NCBI GenBank assembly: GCA_963662625.1
Contig: OY759726.1
Coordinates: forward strand, 512,001-576,000
DNA from: Nitrosopumilus sp.
GTDB lineage: Archaea; Thermoproteota; Nitrososphaeria; Nitrososphaerales; Nitrosopumilaceae
Direction of reading: 5' to 3'
Length of the DNA: 64,000 nt
In this document: in pieces, positions 49,378 to 57,835 of the stretch
How positions within the stretch are numbered: the stretch's first letter is position 1
Layout of the letters: each line of letters begins with the position of its first letter
Notes under the pieces: generated by a model
The model's input: the letters and a program-made list of their open reading frames with translations, nothing else
Told to the model about the DNA's origin: nothing
The model's database searches: none
Program-made: the position numbers and the translations under genes

Positions 49378-49821
49378 CTACGCCCCCGCCTCCCCCGCCC
49401 ACCGGTTGTACTGGGCCACCCTGAGCCTTGCCTCCTGCACGATGTTCTCCCACCTGCGCGAGCGCGCGTGATCCCCGGACGTCCCCTTGAACGCCGACAT
49501 GGTTATCCCGGTCGGCCGCCTCCTGCCGTACCCCTTCCTGGCCTCCCGGTACCGGGCGTTCTCCTCCCTCTCCCTCGTGCCCGTCCTGCCGGCGCGCGCC
49601 TCCGGGCCGCCCCCCGGCCGGTCCCGCGCCGCCTCGCCCCACGCGCCGCCGGCGCCCCTGCCCCCGGCGGCGGGCGCTACCCTGGCCGGGACGGTCGGCC
49701 CCACGCCCATGTCGCGGCACCTCCGCATGTTGTCCCGCGACGCGCACGCCCCGTCGGCGATCAGGCGCGCCCAGTGGGAGCCGGGCGGCTGGCCGCGAAA
49801 GCCGGCGGCGGGCCTGCCCAT
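49378..49821 (-). CDS. Hypothetical protein (start uncertain)
   Basis: C-terminal half shows coding bias (YREARKGYGRRRPTGITMSAFKGTSGD...WENIV). Confidence 0.45.
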   Translation of the reverse strand: MGRPAAGFRGQPPGSHWARLIADGACASRDNMRRCRDMGVGPTVPARVAPAAGGRGAGGAWGEAARDRPGGGPEARAGRTGTREREENARYREARKGYGRRRPTGITMSAFKGTSGDHARSRRWENIVQEARLRVAQYNRWAGEAGA

Positions 49822-49880
49822 GGCTGGCCTTGGGCCCGGAATTTGTCCTGCCTCTGCCGCGGGCCGGCGCCCGCGGCCCC

Positions 49881-50777
49881 CTACCGGCCCGGGTTTGCGG
49901 AGGCGGCCTTGGACCACTGCACTATGTCTCCGAATTTGTCAGACGCAAAGTCGGCGGCGGCCCTGGTCTTGCTGCCCGCCTCCCCGCAGAGCGCCAGCCG
50001 GATGGGCCTCCTGGACTTTTGCCTGATCGAGCGGATCGAGTCCGAGAAGAACGCCAGCCCCTCCCCGGTGTCCGAAAAGACCGCCACGGCCGTGACGCCG
50101 GGCCTCTGCCTCGGGATCTTCCCCAGCAGTTTCTGGAAGTCGAGGTCGAACAGGACGTTGACTGCGTGCGACATGTCTCCCAGGTGGAATACCGACCAGC
50201 CGCCGGCGCGGAAGGACGAGGAGGCCGCCTCGGAGAGGAGCCTGCTCTGCGGATCTGCCGAGATGACCACCATGTTCTTCCTCGGGTCGGGCTCCGAGGG
50301 GAGCTGGCCCAGCATGTGCAGCGAGTCCGAGATGGTGTTCTGCATGAACTTCTGCTCGGAGCTGCCTATCTTGCCGTCGTCGAAGAGGCCGCCCACGGCC
50401 GACGCTGCCGGCACCAGCACCTCGGCGACGAGCGTCTCCACGGAGGCGCCCGAGCGGACGCAGTTCCTGATCAGGGCGCGCGCCCTGGACTCGGAGCACT
50501 GCTGCAGGATGCCGAGGAACTGCTCGGCCGCCCTGAAGTAGTCGTCTGGAAAGTCGTATGACTCCTGGCCCGGTTCCAGCGACCAGAGGGTCACGTTTCC
50601 GATGTCCTTTTGCCGGAGCGTGCCCTCCGCCGCGAAGATCTTGAGGTATTTGGCCATGGTGCTCCTGTTCACCCCCAGCGCCCCGGAGAGCTCCACGCCG
50701 GACATCCCCGTGCCGGATCCCTTCAGCCCCGCGACCAGCTTCTTCCGGATCTCTTCTTTCCGGTACCCGCGTCCCAT
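49881..50777 (-). CDS. HTH regulator with degenerate cobalamin-binding (CarH-like) domains
   Basis: N-terminal HTH (GVELSGALGVNRSTMAKYL), four-helix cap (VLVPAASAVGGLF), Rossmann GWSVFHLG. Confidence 0.7.
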   Translation of the reverse strand: MGRGYRKEEIRKKLVAGLKGSGTGMSGVELSGALGVNRSTMAKYLKIFAAEGTLRQKDIGNVTLWSLEPGQESYDFPDDYFRAAEQFLGILQQCSESRARALIRNCVRSGASVETLVAEVLVPAASAVGGLFDDGKIGSSEQKFMQNTISDSLHMLGQLPSEPDPRKNMVVISADPQSRLLSEAASSSFRAGGWSVFHLGDMSHAVNVLFDLDFQKLLGKIPRQRPGVTAVAVFSDTGEGLAFFSDSIRSIRQKSRRPIRLALCGEAGSKTRAAADFASDKFGDIVQWSKAASANPGR

Positions 50778-50865
50778 GGTGTGGTTGGGCTGAGGTACGG
50801 TATAAAGACTAATTTTAGCTGGCCCGGGCCCAACCCGCCGCGGAATAAAGCGTTATATACGCGCG

Positions 50866-50887
50866 TACCTTAATGTACGGTAAGGTA
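50866..50887. promoter_or_regulatory. Inverted repeat TACCTTA-N8-TAAGGTA between a TATA box and a start codon
   Basis: Lies downstream of TTATATA (50853-59) and upstream of TTG 50896. Confidence 0.5.
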
Positions 50888-50895
50888 AAAGTAAA

Positions 50896-51282
50896 TTGCC
50901 AAAAGCTGGGTTCAAGTCAATCACCGTGTCGGAGGCCGTCTACGACAGGTTCCAAGACGTCTACCGGAAGAACAGGGAGGGCCTGGCGATGAAGGGGGTC
51001 AACAGCTTCTCGGGCTATGTCACGTACATGCTGGAGGAGATGATGCAGAAGGACAGGACCTTCGCGAGGTACGCCCCGAAGATCGAGAAGGTCTCGGTCG
51101 ACGACGACAGGATAATCCTCAAGGACAACATAAAGAACAGGATCGCCGAGGTGGCGATCCAGGGGGGGGAGCTGTTCTGCCAGCTCTGCGACGAAAAAGA
51201 CTGCGTGCACGTGGGGTTCGTCTTCTCGCTGCCCGACGTGTACGAGGTGCTCAACTCCAGGGGCATAAGGCACTCCAGGTAG
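50896..51282 (+). CDS. Ribbon-helix-helix-like protein with SWIM-like Zn finger
   Basis: KSITVSEAVYD N-terminus; CQLC...CVH. Confidence 0.7.
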   Translation: MPKAGFKSITVSEAVYDRFQDVYRKNREGLAMKGVNSFSGYVTYMLEEMMQKDRTFARYAPKIEKVSVDDDRIILKDNIKNRIAEVAIQGGELFCQLCDEKDCVHVGFVFSLPDVYEVLNSRGIRHSR

Positions 51283-51288
51283 GAGCCG

Positions 51289-51408
51289 TGGAGGAGGCGG
51301 GATTTGAACCCGCGAACTCCTGAGAGACAGGATCACCCATTGTTTGATCTTAAGTCCTGCATGTCCAAAAGCGTGGTGCTTACTTTGGCCGGGCTTGATT
51401 ACTCCTCC
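51289..51408 (-). tRNA. tRNA-Leu(TAA) with two introns (51363-51382 at 23/24; 51334-51348 at 37/38)
   Basis: Spliced form CAGGA-CT-TAA-GA-TCCTG with a long variable arm; BHB CCAA/TTGG with AGT and ACA bulges. Confidence 0.9.
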
Positions 51409-51524
51409 GGATGGGTGGGGGTCCGCGCGGGATTTAACGGTTTGGCGGGCGTCCGGGCGCGTCCCGGGGCGGCCCCCGCGCGATAATCAAGAACTTATAA
51501 GGATTTTATTCCGTGGTAAACTGT

Positions 51525-51598
51525 GCTTCGATAGCTCAGCCTGGTAGAGCGTTACCTTGGTAAGGTAAAGGTCGCGGGTTCGGATCCCGCTCGAAGCT
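51525..51598 (+). tRNA. tRNA-Thr(GGT)
   Basis: TTACC-TT-GGT-AA-GGTAA anticodon arm. Confidence 0.95.
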
Positions 51599-51599
51599 C

Positions 51600-52454
51600 T
51601 CAATAATTCTTGATCAGCAGCTCGTGGTGCCCCGACCTCTTTTTGGCGTCGGAGTTGATCGAGCGGCTGACCGGGATCCTGCGGACGTCCCACGGCCCCC
51701 CGGAGAACAGCCCGGAGACCTCCCCAGAGTCGGAGTTTGAGAGCATCACCATGCACCCCCTGGAGTGCAGCTCCTCGCAGAGGCCAAACAGCCTGTCCAG
51801 GTCGTCAAAGTCCCGGTCGGTATAGCTGGTAAAGTTGGCAGTCTCGCTTACGGGCTGGTACGGGGGATCAAGGTACACCAGGTCCCCCCTGCCCGCCCTC
51901 CCGGCCGCGCTTGCAAAGTCGCCGCACGTGATCGACGCCCCGCCCGACCGCAGGGCCTGGCTTGCCGCGCGCAGGGCGCCCTCGTTCACGATGTTGGGCC
52001 GGGAGTACCTGCCCAGGGGGACGTTGAACATCCCCTTGCTGTTCACGCGGTACAGCCCGTTAAAGCAGGTCCTGTTAAGGAAGAGCAGCCGGGACGCCCT
52101 CTCGACCGCGTTCCCCGGGCGGCTCGCGCGCACGGAGTAATAGTACCGCTTGGGGTCTTTCTGGTAGCGGCTCTCGCGGTCCCTCAGGGAGGAGACCAGC
52201 TCGTCGACGCTGTCCCGGATGGTGTGGTACGCCGAGACCAGGTCGCGGTTAAGGTCGGAGGCGTGGCACCTGTGGCCGTCACCCTTGGCCAGGACGTGGA
52301 ACAGCAGCGCGCCGCCGCCAAGAAACGGCTCGTGGTACGCCCCGAACGACTCCGGCAGGTTGGCGTCCAACACATGGAGCAACCTCCTCTTTCCGCCCGC
52401 CCACTTTACGAACGGCTTCGCCCCGACCAGCACCTGGCCGTACTGCCGCGTCAC
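51600..52454 (-). CDS. dam: Dam-family DNA adenine methyltransferase
   Basis: KWAGGK, EPFLGGG, FNGLYRVN...FNVP.G and DPPY. Confidence 0.9.
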   Translation of the reverse strand: MTRQYGQVLVGAKPFVKWAGGKRRLLHVLDANLPESFGAYHEPFLGGGALLFHVLAKGDGHRCHASDLNRDLVSAYHTIRDSVDELVSSLRDRESRYQKDPKRYYYSVRASRPGNAVERASRLLFLNRTCFNGLYRVNSKGMFNVPLGRYSRPNIVNEGALRAASQALRSGGASITCGDFASAAGRAGRGDLVYLDPPYQPVSETANFTSYTDRDFDDLDRLFGLCEELHSRGCMVMLSNSDSGEVSGLFSGGPWDVRRIPVSRSINSDAKKRSGHHELLIKNY

Positions 52455-52578
52455 GGGCAGTCATCCCGGAATGAGATCTTATGCGGCGCGTTAAAAAAAG
52501 ATTACAAACGTGTGAAAAAAGGTGCCGCGGCGGGCGGCCTTGGAACCGTGGCAAGAAAATGAAAAGGAGAGGTGGTGG

Positions 52579-53229
52579 TTAGTCCCACTTGGACCATGCG
52601 GCCATCCATCTGTATGTCCACGTATTGAGCTTACAGCCTAACGCTGCAAACGTACAGGACAACACTGCACCCGCACCCGCTCCCAGGGCAACTGGGCTGT
52701 TGTAGAACTTGCCCACCTGCGGTTCTATCGGCGTCATGTAAGGCGGCAGTGTAGGTCTCGGGTACTTGAAGGCCGTTTCCAATGGGTCTGCGACTGTTAT
52801 CAGGTTTACCATGTTGAATAATGGCAATGACATCCCTACCAGTACGCCGCCAAAGAAGATCAACGAGTGTTTGTTCTTCTTTGTAGCCCAGTACGCTAGG
52901 TCGAGCAGCATTGCTGACGGTAGCCATACTGGCGTCACGATGAAGTCATACGGATACCCAAGTGCGAACCACGCGCCTTTGGCGATCCACGTATAGACTG
53001 TCATGATCAGGGCATAGTACGTCGCTGTGCCTGGAACGCCTGTAAACGTAAGGTAGTATGTTGCACCTACTACAAGCATCAACGTCTGCGATATTGAGAA
53101 TACCGTGTACGAGGTCCAGGCCCAGTCAGTGTAGAAGATGTAGTCACCCGCATTAATCGTCAACAGAGTTGAGTTAACCGCAACTACTACTATGAACAAG
53201 TAGTGGGTACATCGTCTTAACCAGACCAT
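52579..53229 (-). CDS. amoA: Ammonia monooxygenase subunit A
   Basis: MVWLRRCTHYLF...TINAGDYIFYTDW archaeal AmoA. Confidence 0.99.
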   Translation of the reverse strand: MVWLRRCTHYLFIVVVAVNSTLLTINAGDYIFYTDWAWTSYTVFSISQTLMLVVGATYYLTFTGVPGTATYYALIMTVYTWIAKGAWFALGYPYDFIVTPVWLPSAMLLDLAYWATKKNKHSLIFFGGVLVGMSLPLFNMVNLITVADPLETAFKYPRPTLPPYMTPIEPQVGKFYNSPVALGAGAGAVLSCTFAALGCKLNTWTYRWMAAWSKWD

Positions 53230-53334
53230 TATTCAGTAGAACAAAGGGTCAGTATATAAAATTTTAGAAAGTGGCGGAGATCGGCTTTTTTAGGGGAACC
53301 AAAATGAAAAAGGAGTGCTGAAGGATGTTTCCTT

Positions 53335-53697
53335 CTAGTTGCCGACAAACAGCGAGATGAGTATTGTGCCCACCGTCACGCCTGCTACCGTTCCTGCCAC
53401 CAAGCCGTTGCTATTCTTGTTAGAGCCTTCTTGCATGACTTTAACGCAGAATATGTAGCCTATCGCCTCGATGATCGTGAGGACGATGAAGGCGTAGTGC
53501 CCACTCGGTGTCGGGTATGCCCACGGATAGTAAAAGTATCCGGCGGCAGTACCACCAAAAGTAGCCAACCATGCTGCTATGAAAGAGATGGTGATTATGC
53601 CGGTCATGTTTTCGACGCGTCTGCCGATCATGCGCTCTACGTCAGCGCTAGATGCGCCGCCTGCGCCGCCTGAGCCAAATCCTTTCGGGAGTGTCAT
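53335..53697 (-). CDS. amoX: Ammonia monooxygenase subunit X
   Basis: Lies between amoA and amoC; YYPWAYPTPSGHY. Confidence 0.9.
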   Translation of the reverse strand: MTLPKGFGSGGAGGASSADVERMIGRRVENMTGIITISFIAAWLATFGGTAAGYFYYPWAYPTPSGHYAFIVLTIIEAIGYIFCVKVMQEGSNKNSNGLVAGTVAGVTVGTILISLFVGN

Positions 53698-53810
53698 CTG
53701 AGAGACATACTGATCAGAATCCTTTTAAATCTTTCTTAAATCCGGGTTTTGGTACGATCTACGCACGAACGGGCTGGAAAAATAGAAAAAAGGTGCAAAA
53801 CGCACTTTTT

Positions 53811-54374
53811 CTATGGGATTGCTCTGCTGTACAGCTTGCCCTCTAGGGCCATCTTGTACATCTCTGCAACGTACGGGTTCTCACCTGGAGTCTCTGCGCC
53901 CAGCTCTACCAGTCTGGCATATACCCTGACTACGTAGGCTAGCGCGCCCATGAATGCAACAACTACACCCATGTTAAACATCCAGTGGTTCGGTACCGCG
54001 AAGATCTCCTCCACGAACCAAAAGTGCCACATCTCGTTGATCCCGATCGTGAACATGGTCGCGAGATAACCAAGGATGGTCATCTTCAGGCCCGTGTTCA
54101 TCGAGTTGTTGGGACCCCTGAGGATCGGCACCTTCCTATCATAGATCGCTACAGACGCCCACCCTAGCGGCAGTGCCACAAAGTGGGAGTACAGCCACCA
54201 GTGTGCTGGCGTGAACGCGCTGTCCCTGATAGAGGTTTGGTGAAGTGATCCGTCGACGAAGTTGTCCACTTCGACGGATGCTGCAGTAGATCCCATAGCA
54301 ATGACGATGAGCCAGATCTTCTTAAGTCTCTGGATCTCGACTTCCTTTGGGATTAATGCCGGCATTTGTGCCAT
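53811..54374 (-). CDS. amoC: Ammonia monooxygenase subunit C
   Basis: DGSLHQTSIRDSAFTPAH; NEMWHFWFVEE. Confidence 0.98.
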   Translation of the reverse strand: MAQMPALIPKEVEIQRLKKIWLIVIAMGSTAASVEVDNFVDGSLHQTSIRDSAFTPAHWWLYSHFVALPLGWASVAIYDRKVPILRGPNNSMNTGLKMTILGYLATMFTIGINEMWHFWFVEEIFAVPNHWMFNMGVVVAFMGALAYVVRVYARLVELGAETPGENPYVAEMYKMALEGKLYSRAIP

Positions 54375-54635
54375 GCATAAATTGGCGCAATTTCAAATAT
54401 AAAGTAAGGGATTGCCGGGTGAAATGTTTTGTTGAAAAAACTTTACATGTCAAGGCGAAAACTTGTGAAAAATTCAATTCCCGTGGTAATTTTATGTGAA
54501 AAATAAGCACGTTTTCTTCCATATTTCGATGTTCAACATCAATGTTCAATGTAGCGTGCATGTTGCCGATCCCCCACCCCTCAAGGTAAGACATATAACG
54601 ATGTATATCATCTTTCAGGATATTAGGGATAAATC
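54375..54635. promoter_or_regulatory. Divergent amoC/amoB promoter region with palindromes
   Basis: TTTATAT (amoC), TGTATAT (amoB); AAATTG-GCG-CAATTT at 54379-93; GATGTT-C-AACATC at 54528-40. Confidence 0.65.
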
Positions 54636-55205
54636 ATGGCCGAAAAGAAGTTAATTGTATTGGGACTGTCGGTTGTACTTGCACTAGGGACGCTCGGCTT
54701 CAACTGGGTTGAGGTCATCGTTCCGCCTGCAGATGCACACGGCGTCCAGGCACAGCTTCAGAGTCGCTTCATCAGGATCGAAGACGAGACCTTCAACAGG
54801 CAATCCTTACAGACTGGCGAGACCCTGACCCTTCAGGGAACACTGGTCAGCCTGGTAGAGAGAGACCTCAGGGGATGGATATCCATCTTCTCAGAGTCCA
54901 CCAACGCAGGTAACAGATGGGAGATGCTGGCAAGAGACCCGCCGGGAAACGTCTTTGACATTCCGGGCAACTCCTTGATCCAGTACTCGCTGTCTGCAAA
55001 GGCACTAGAGGCGGGCGTGTACCATGTGCACACCCAGCTCAACGTGGCAAGCGTAGGTCCAGGACTCGGTCCGGGTCAGACGGTAGTCGTTGAAGGCGAG
55101 CCCATCATAAAGGCGATCCCGTACACAAACATCGCGTACCAGTCGATCATAATCGGCGTCGGTTACGTGATCACGTTTGCAACGCGGCCCTGGCAAGTCA
55201 TCTAG
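54636..55205 (+). CDS. amoB: Ammonia monooxygenase subunit B
   Basis: Signal peptide, then HGVQAQLQSRF, YHVHTQLNV and GPGLGPG. Confidence 0.98.
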   Translation: MAEKKLIVLGLSVVLALGTLGFNWVEVIVPPADAHGVQAQLQSRFIRIEDETFNRQSLQTGETLTLQGTLVSLVERDLRGWISIFSESTNAGNRWEMLARDPPGNVFDIPGNSLIQYSLSAKALEAGVYHVHTQLNVASVGPGLGPGQTVVVEGEPIIKAIPYTNIAYQSIIIGVGYVITFATRPWQVI

Positions 55206-55289
55206 ACCAACCCCTTTTCTTTTCATTTTCTCTCCCGTCGCCCGCGGCGCGTGCCAAGTTTTATCTGCCACGGGGACGCTAACATCGCC

Positions 55290-55604
55290 ATGCTGAGCTT
55301 CCGGGTGGCCGAGATGGGCATCTTCCAGGGGTATTTTTTCGGGAGCGTCGACTTCCGCGGCGACTCCTACAAGGTCAACATCCAGATCCAGAGGAGGGGG
55401 AAGGTGCTGAGGCTGCCGTTTGGCATCGTCCCGAGGAAGGAGAGGGTGGTGGTCAGGATGACCGGGCCCGGGGACGCGTTCGTGGAGGACTACCTCCCGT
55501 ACTGCGGCGAGTCGGAGTGGCTGGAGATCGACTCTGACGAGATCACCTACTTCCTTGCAGACAACCAGGACGCGCTGGACACCATAGAGGTGTCGGACGA
55601 CTGA
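55290..55604 (+). CDS. Hypothetical protein
   Basis: Codon bias; ATG 55290. Confidence 0.7.
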   Translation: MLSFRVAEMGIFQGYFFGSVDFRGDSYKVNIQIQRRGKVLRLPFGIVPRKERVVVRMTGPGDAFVEDYLPYCGESEWLEIDSDEITYFLADNQDALDTIEVSDD

Positions 55605-55759
55605 TGGGCCCGGCGGCCCGCCGCCGCCCCTCGCTGGCAGCCCCGCGCCCGGCGGGGCGCGCGCGGCCTGGGCCCCCTCCGGGCCGGGCGGCTCTGGCGG
55701 GGCTGGTTTGCGGGATCGCTGAGAGAAAGGTCTTTTAAGGAATCTGCAAAAGGCACCAC

Positions 55760-56284
55760 ATGATTTGGCCCGGCACGAACGACCCGTACAAGAGGAAGAA
55801 GACCATCAGGTTCCTCATCATTTCGGCGATAATAGGCATCTCGGTGGCCGCGGCCAGTTCGCTCGTCCAGCAGGCGGCGAACATGGACAACCCGCTCAAG
55901 GTCTGCATCAACGACAGGGACACCCCGTACAAGATCAAGGCGTCGCTGGAGCTGTTCGTGGACGGCCAGAGGGCAGACATCCCCGCGAGGATCGGGTTTG
56001 GCGATGGCGAGTGCCAGAGGAGCATGTACACGCTGTCCGACGACGGCACCATCTACGCCGAATGGGAGGAGGAATACCCGTTCGAGGTAGGCCACTTCCT
56101 CTGGATGTGGGACTTTCCGCTTAGGGACATGGACCAGTCAAAGTCGACCGTGTACGTGAACGACAGGGAGACCAGCCACTTCATCAACCACCCGTTGCAG
56201 GACGGGTACCACTACAGGGCAGAGTTTACCAGCAAGGCGTACGACGAGTCAAAGGACATCGACTTCCTGCCCCCGGAGAACTAG
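55760..56284 (+). CDS. Membrane-anchored hypothetical protein
   Basis: N-terminal TM, Cys pair, IPARIG motif. Confidence 0.75.
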   Translation: MIWPGTNDPYKRKKTIRFLIISAIIGISVAAASSLVQQAANMDNPLKVCINDRDTPYKIKASLELFVDGQRADIPARIGFGDGECQRSMYTLSDDGTIYAEWEEEYPFEVGHFLWMWDFPLRDMDQSKSTVYVNDRETSHFINHPLQDGYHYRAEFTSKAYDESKDIDFLPPEN

Positions 56285-56423
56285 GCGCGGGCCGGCGGGC
56301 CCGGCGCCGCTGGGGCCGGGACTGTTGCCCGGAGGCGGGTCCTGGCGGATCCGGGGCGCGCCAGCAACCCCGCGCGCTCTGGGCGCGCAAGGCCGGTTTA
56401 AAAATAATGAAAAGAAGGTATTG

Positions 56424-56693
56424 CTACCAGTATTTTCCGTTGTCTGGAATCAGACCGATGCCCTCTCTTTCAAAGTGCCTGTCCAATTCATCGACCCATC
56501 TCTCACGGTTGTCCTTGTATGACCAGCCGTGCACGCGGAGCCAGAAGGAGATAATTCCCAAAAGGAACACGGTAAACATCATCGTCCCAAAGATGTAGAT
56601 CATTACATCGTAGAATAACGGGTCATAGTTCGGCCCTAACTGACCTGTAACTGATGACAGGATACTTAGGAAGATTCCTGCGATAGGTATCAT
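56424..56693 (-). CDS. amoY: Probable AMO accessory subunit AmoY
   Basis: Small TM protein with low-GC codons like the amo genes; position between amoB and rps15 (synteny recalled, not verified). Confidence 0.55.
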   Translation of the reverse strand: MIPIAGIFLSILSSVTGQLGPNYDPLFYDVMIYIFGTMMFTVFLLGIISFWLRVHGWSYKDNRERWVDELDRHFEREGIGLIPDNGKYW

Positions 56694-56800
56694 TGTAATC
56701 TAGGCTCTTTTTGTGCGATATATACATTTCTCTTGCGCCGAAATGCGCGGGATCAGCGCGCGCTGGGGGTCGGAAATAAAATAAGAGGAGGAGGTGGCGG

Positions 56801-57133
56801 TTACCCTCGGCCCATTGCCGCGTATTTGCCGGATCTGCCCCTTACGAAGAAGGCCGCTGCGATCCCGCCGAATACCGCGCCTGCAATCACTGCCGCGCCA
56901 ACCACGCCGTTCGCGTCAAGGTAGGGCGTGCCTGAACCCGCGCCAGGGTTGTCCTGTGCCGCTTGGATTCTCCTTGCCTGGATCTCAAGGGCTTCCTCCA
57001 GCGTGTACTTGCCGGTTTGGCCCTCGGAGCCGACATTACCCATGTACTGTGCAAAGGCAACTGCTGACTCTGCATAATAACCAACAGTAAATACGGCGAT
57101 CAAGGTTGCTGTCAATGCTAGTTTTTTATTCAT
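56801..57133 (-). CDS. amoZ: Probable AMO accessory subunit AmoZ
   Basis: Signal peptide, soluble helix, C-terminal TM; low-GC codons; synteny recalled, not verified. Confidence 0.55.
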   Translation of the reverse strand: MNKKLALTATLIAVFTVGYYAESAVAFAQYMGNVGSEGQTGKYTLEEALEIQARRIQAAQDNPGAGSGTPYLDANGVVGAAVIAGAVFGGIAAAFFVRGRSGKYAAMGRG

Positions 57134-57385
57134 AGCGTTTACCTGTCTGTTCTGTGGCCACCATACTTATTTAACTTTTATCCATCGCCCGCAGATCCCG
57201 TTTTATGTGCGAAATCCGGGCGCCTGGCCGCCGGATCCACGCCGGGGGCCGCGGATCGCCCGGGCGGCCAGGCGCGCCGGCGGCCGGCGGGGGGGCGCCG
57301 CCCTGCGCCGGCCGCGGGTACGGGACGCGGCGGCGGGCGGATCCTGATAAGTAACGTTTAATTTTGTTCCGGAATCACCCCCGGC

Positions 57386-57835
57386 ATGGGACGCATGCAC
57401 ACCCACAGGCACGGCAAGTCGCACTCCATCAGGCCCGCCACCCTGCGGCCCCCGCTGTGGGTGTCGCTGGGCCCCGAGGAGATAGAGGGGCTGGTCATAA
57501 AGTACGCCAAGGATGGGATGACCCCGAGCCAGATAGGGATCAAGATGAGGGACCAGCACGCCGTCCCGCTGGTGAAGACGATCGCGAAGAAGACGATCGG
57601 CGAGATACTGCGCGAGAACGACCTCACGTCGGAGATGCCGGAGGACCTCGACAACATCGTGAAGAAGGCGGTGGGGCTCCAAAAGCACCTCAAGGCCAAC
57701 AGGGGGGACAGGAGAAACGTCAGGTCCCTGGAGCTGATCGAGGCCAAGGTGCACAGGCTGTCGACCTACTACAAGAGGATAGGCAGGATCCCGAAAAACT
57801 GGAAATATAAATCCGTGGTGGCCCAACTAGAGTAA
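57386..57835 (+). CDS. rps15: Ribosomal protein uS15
   Basis: MGRMH...GKSHS, PSQIG..RD and PEDL. Confidence 0.96.
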   Translation: MGRMHTHRHGKSHSIRPATLRPPLWVSLGPEEIEGLVIKYAKDGMTPSQIGIKMRDQHAVPLVKTIAKKTIGEILRENDLTSEMPEDLDNIVKKAVGLQKHLKANRGDRRNVRSLELIEAKVHRLSTYYKRIGRIPKNWKYKSVVAQLE

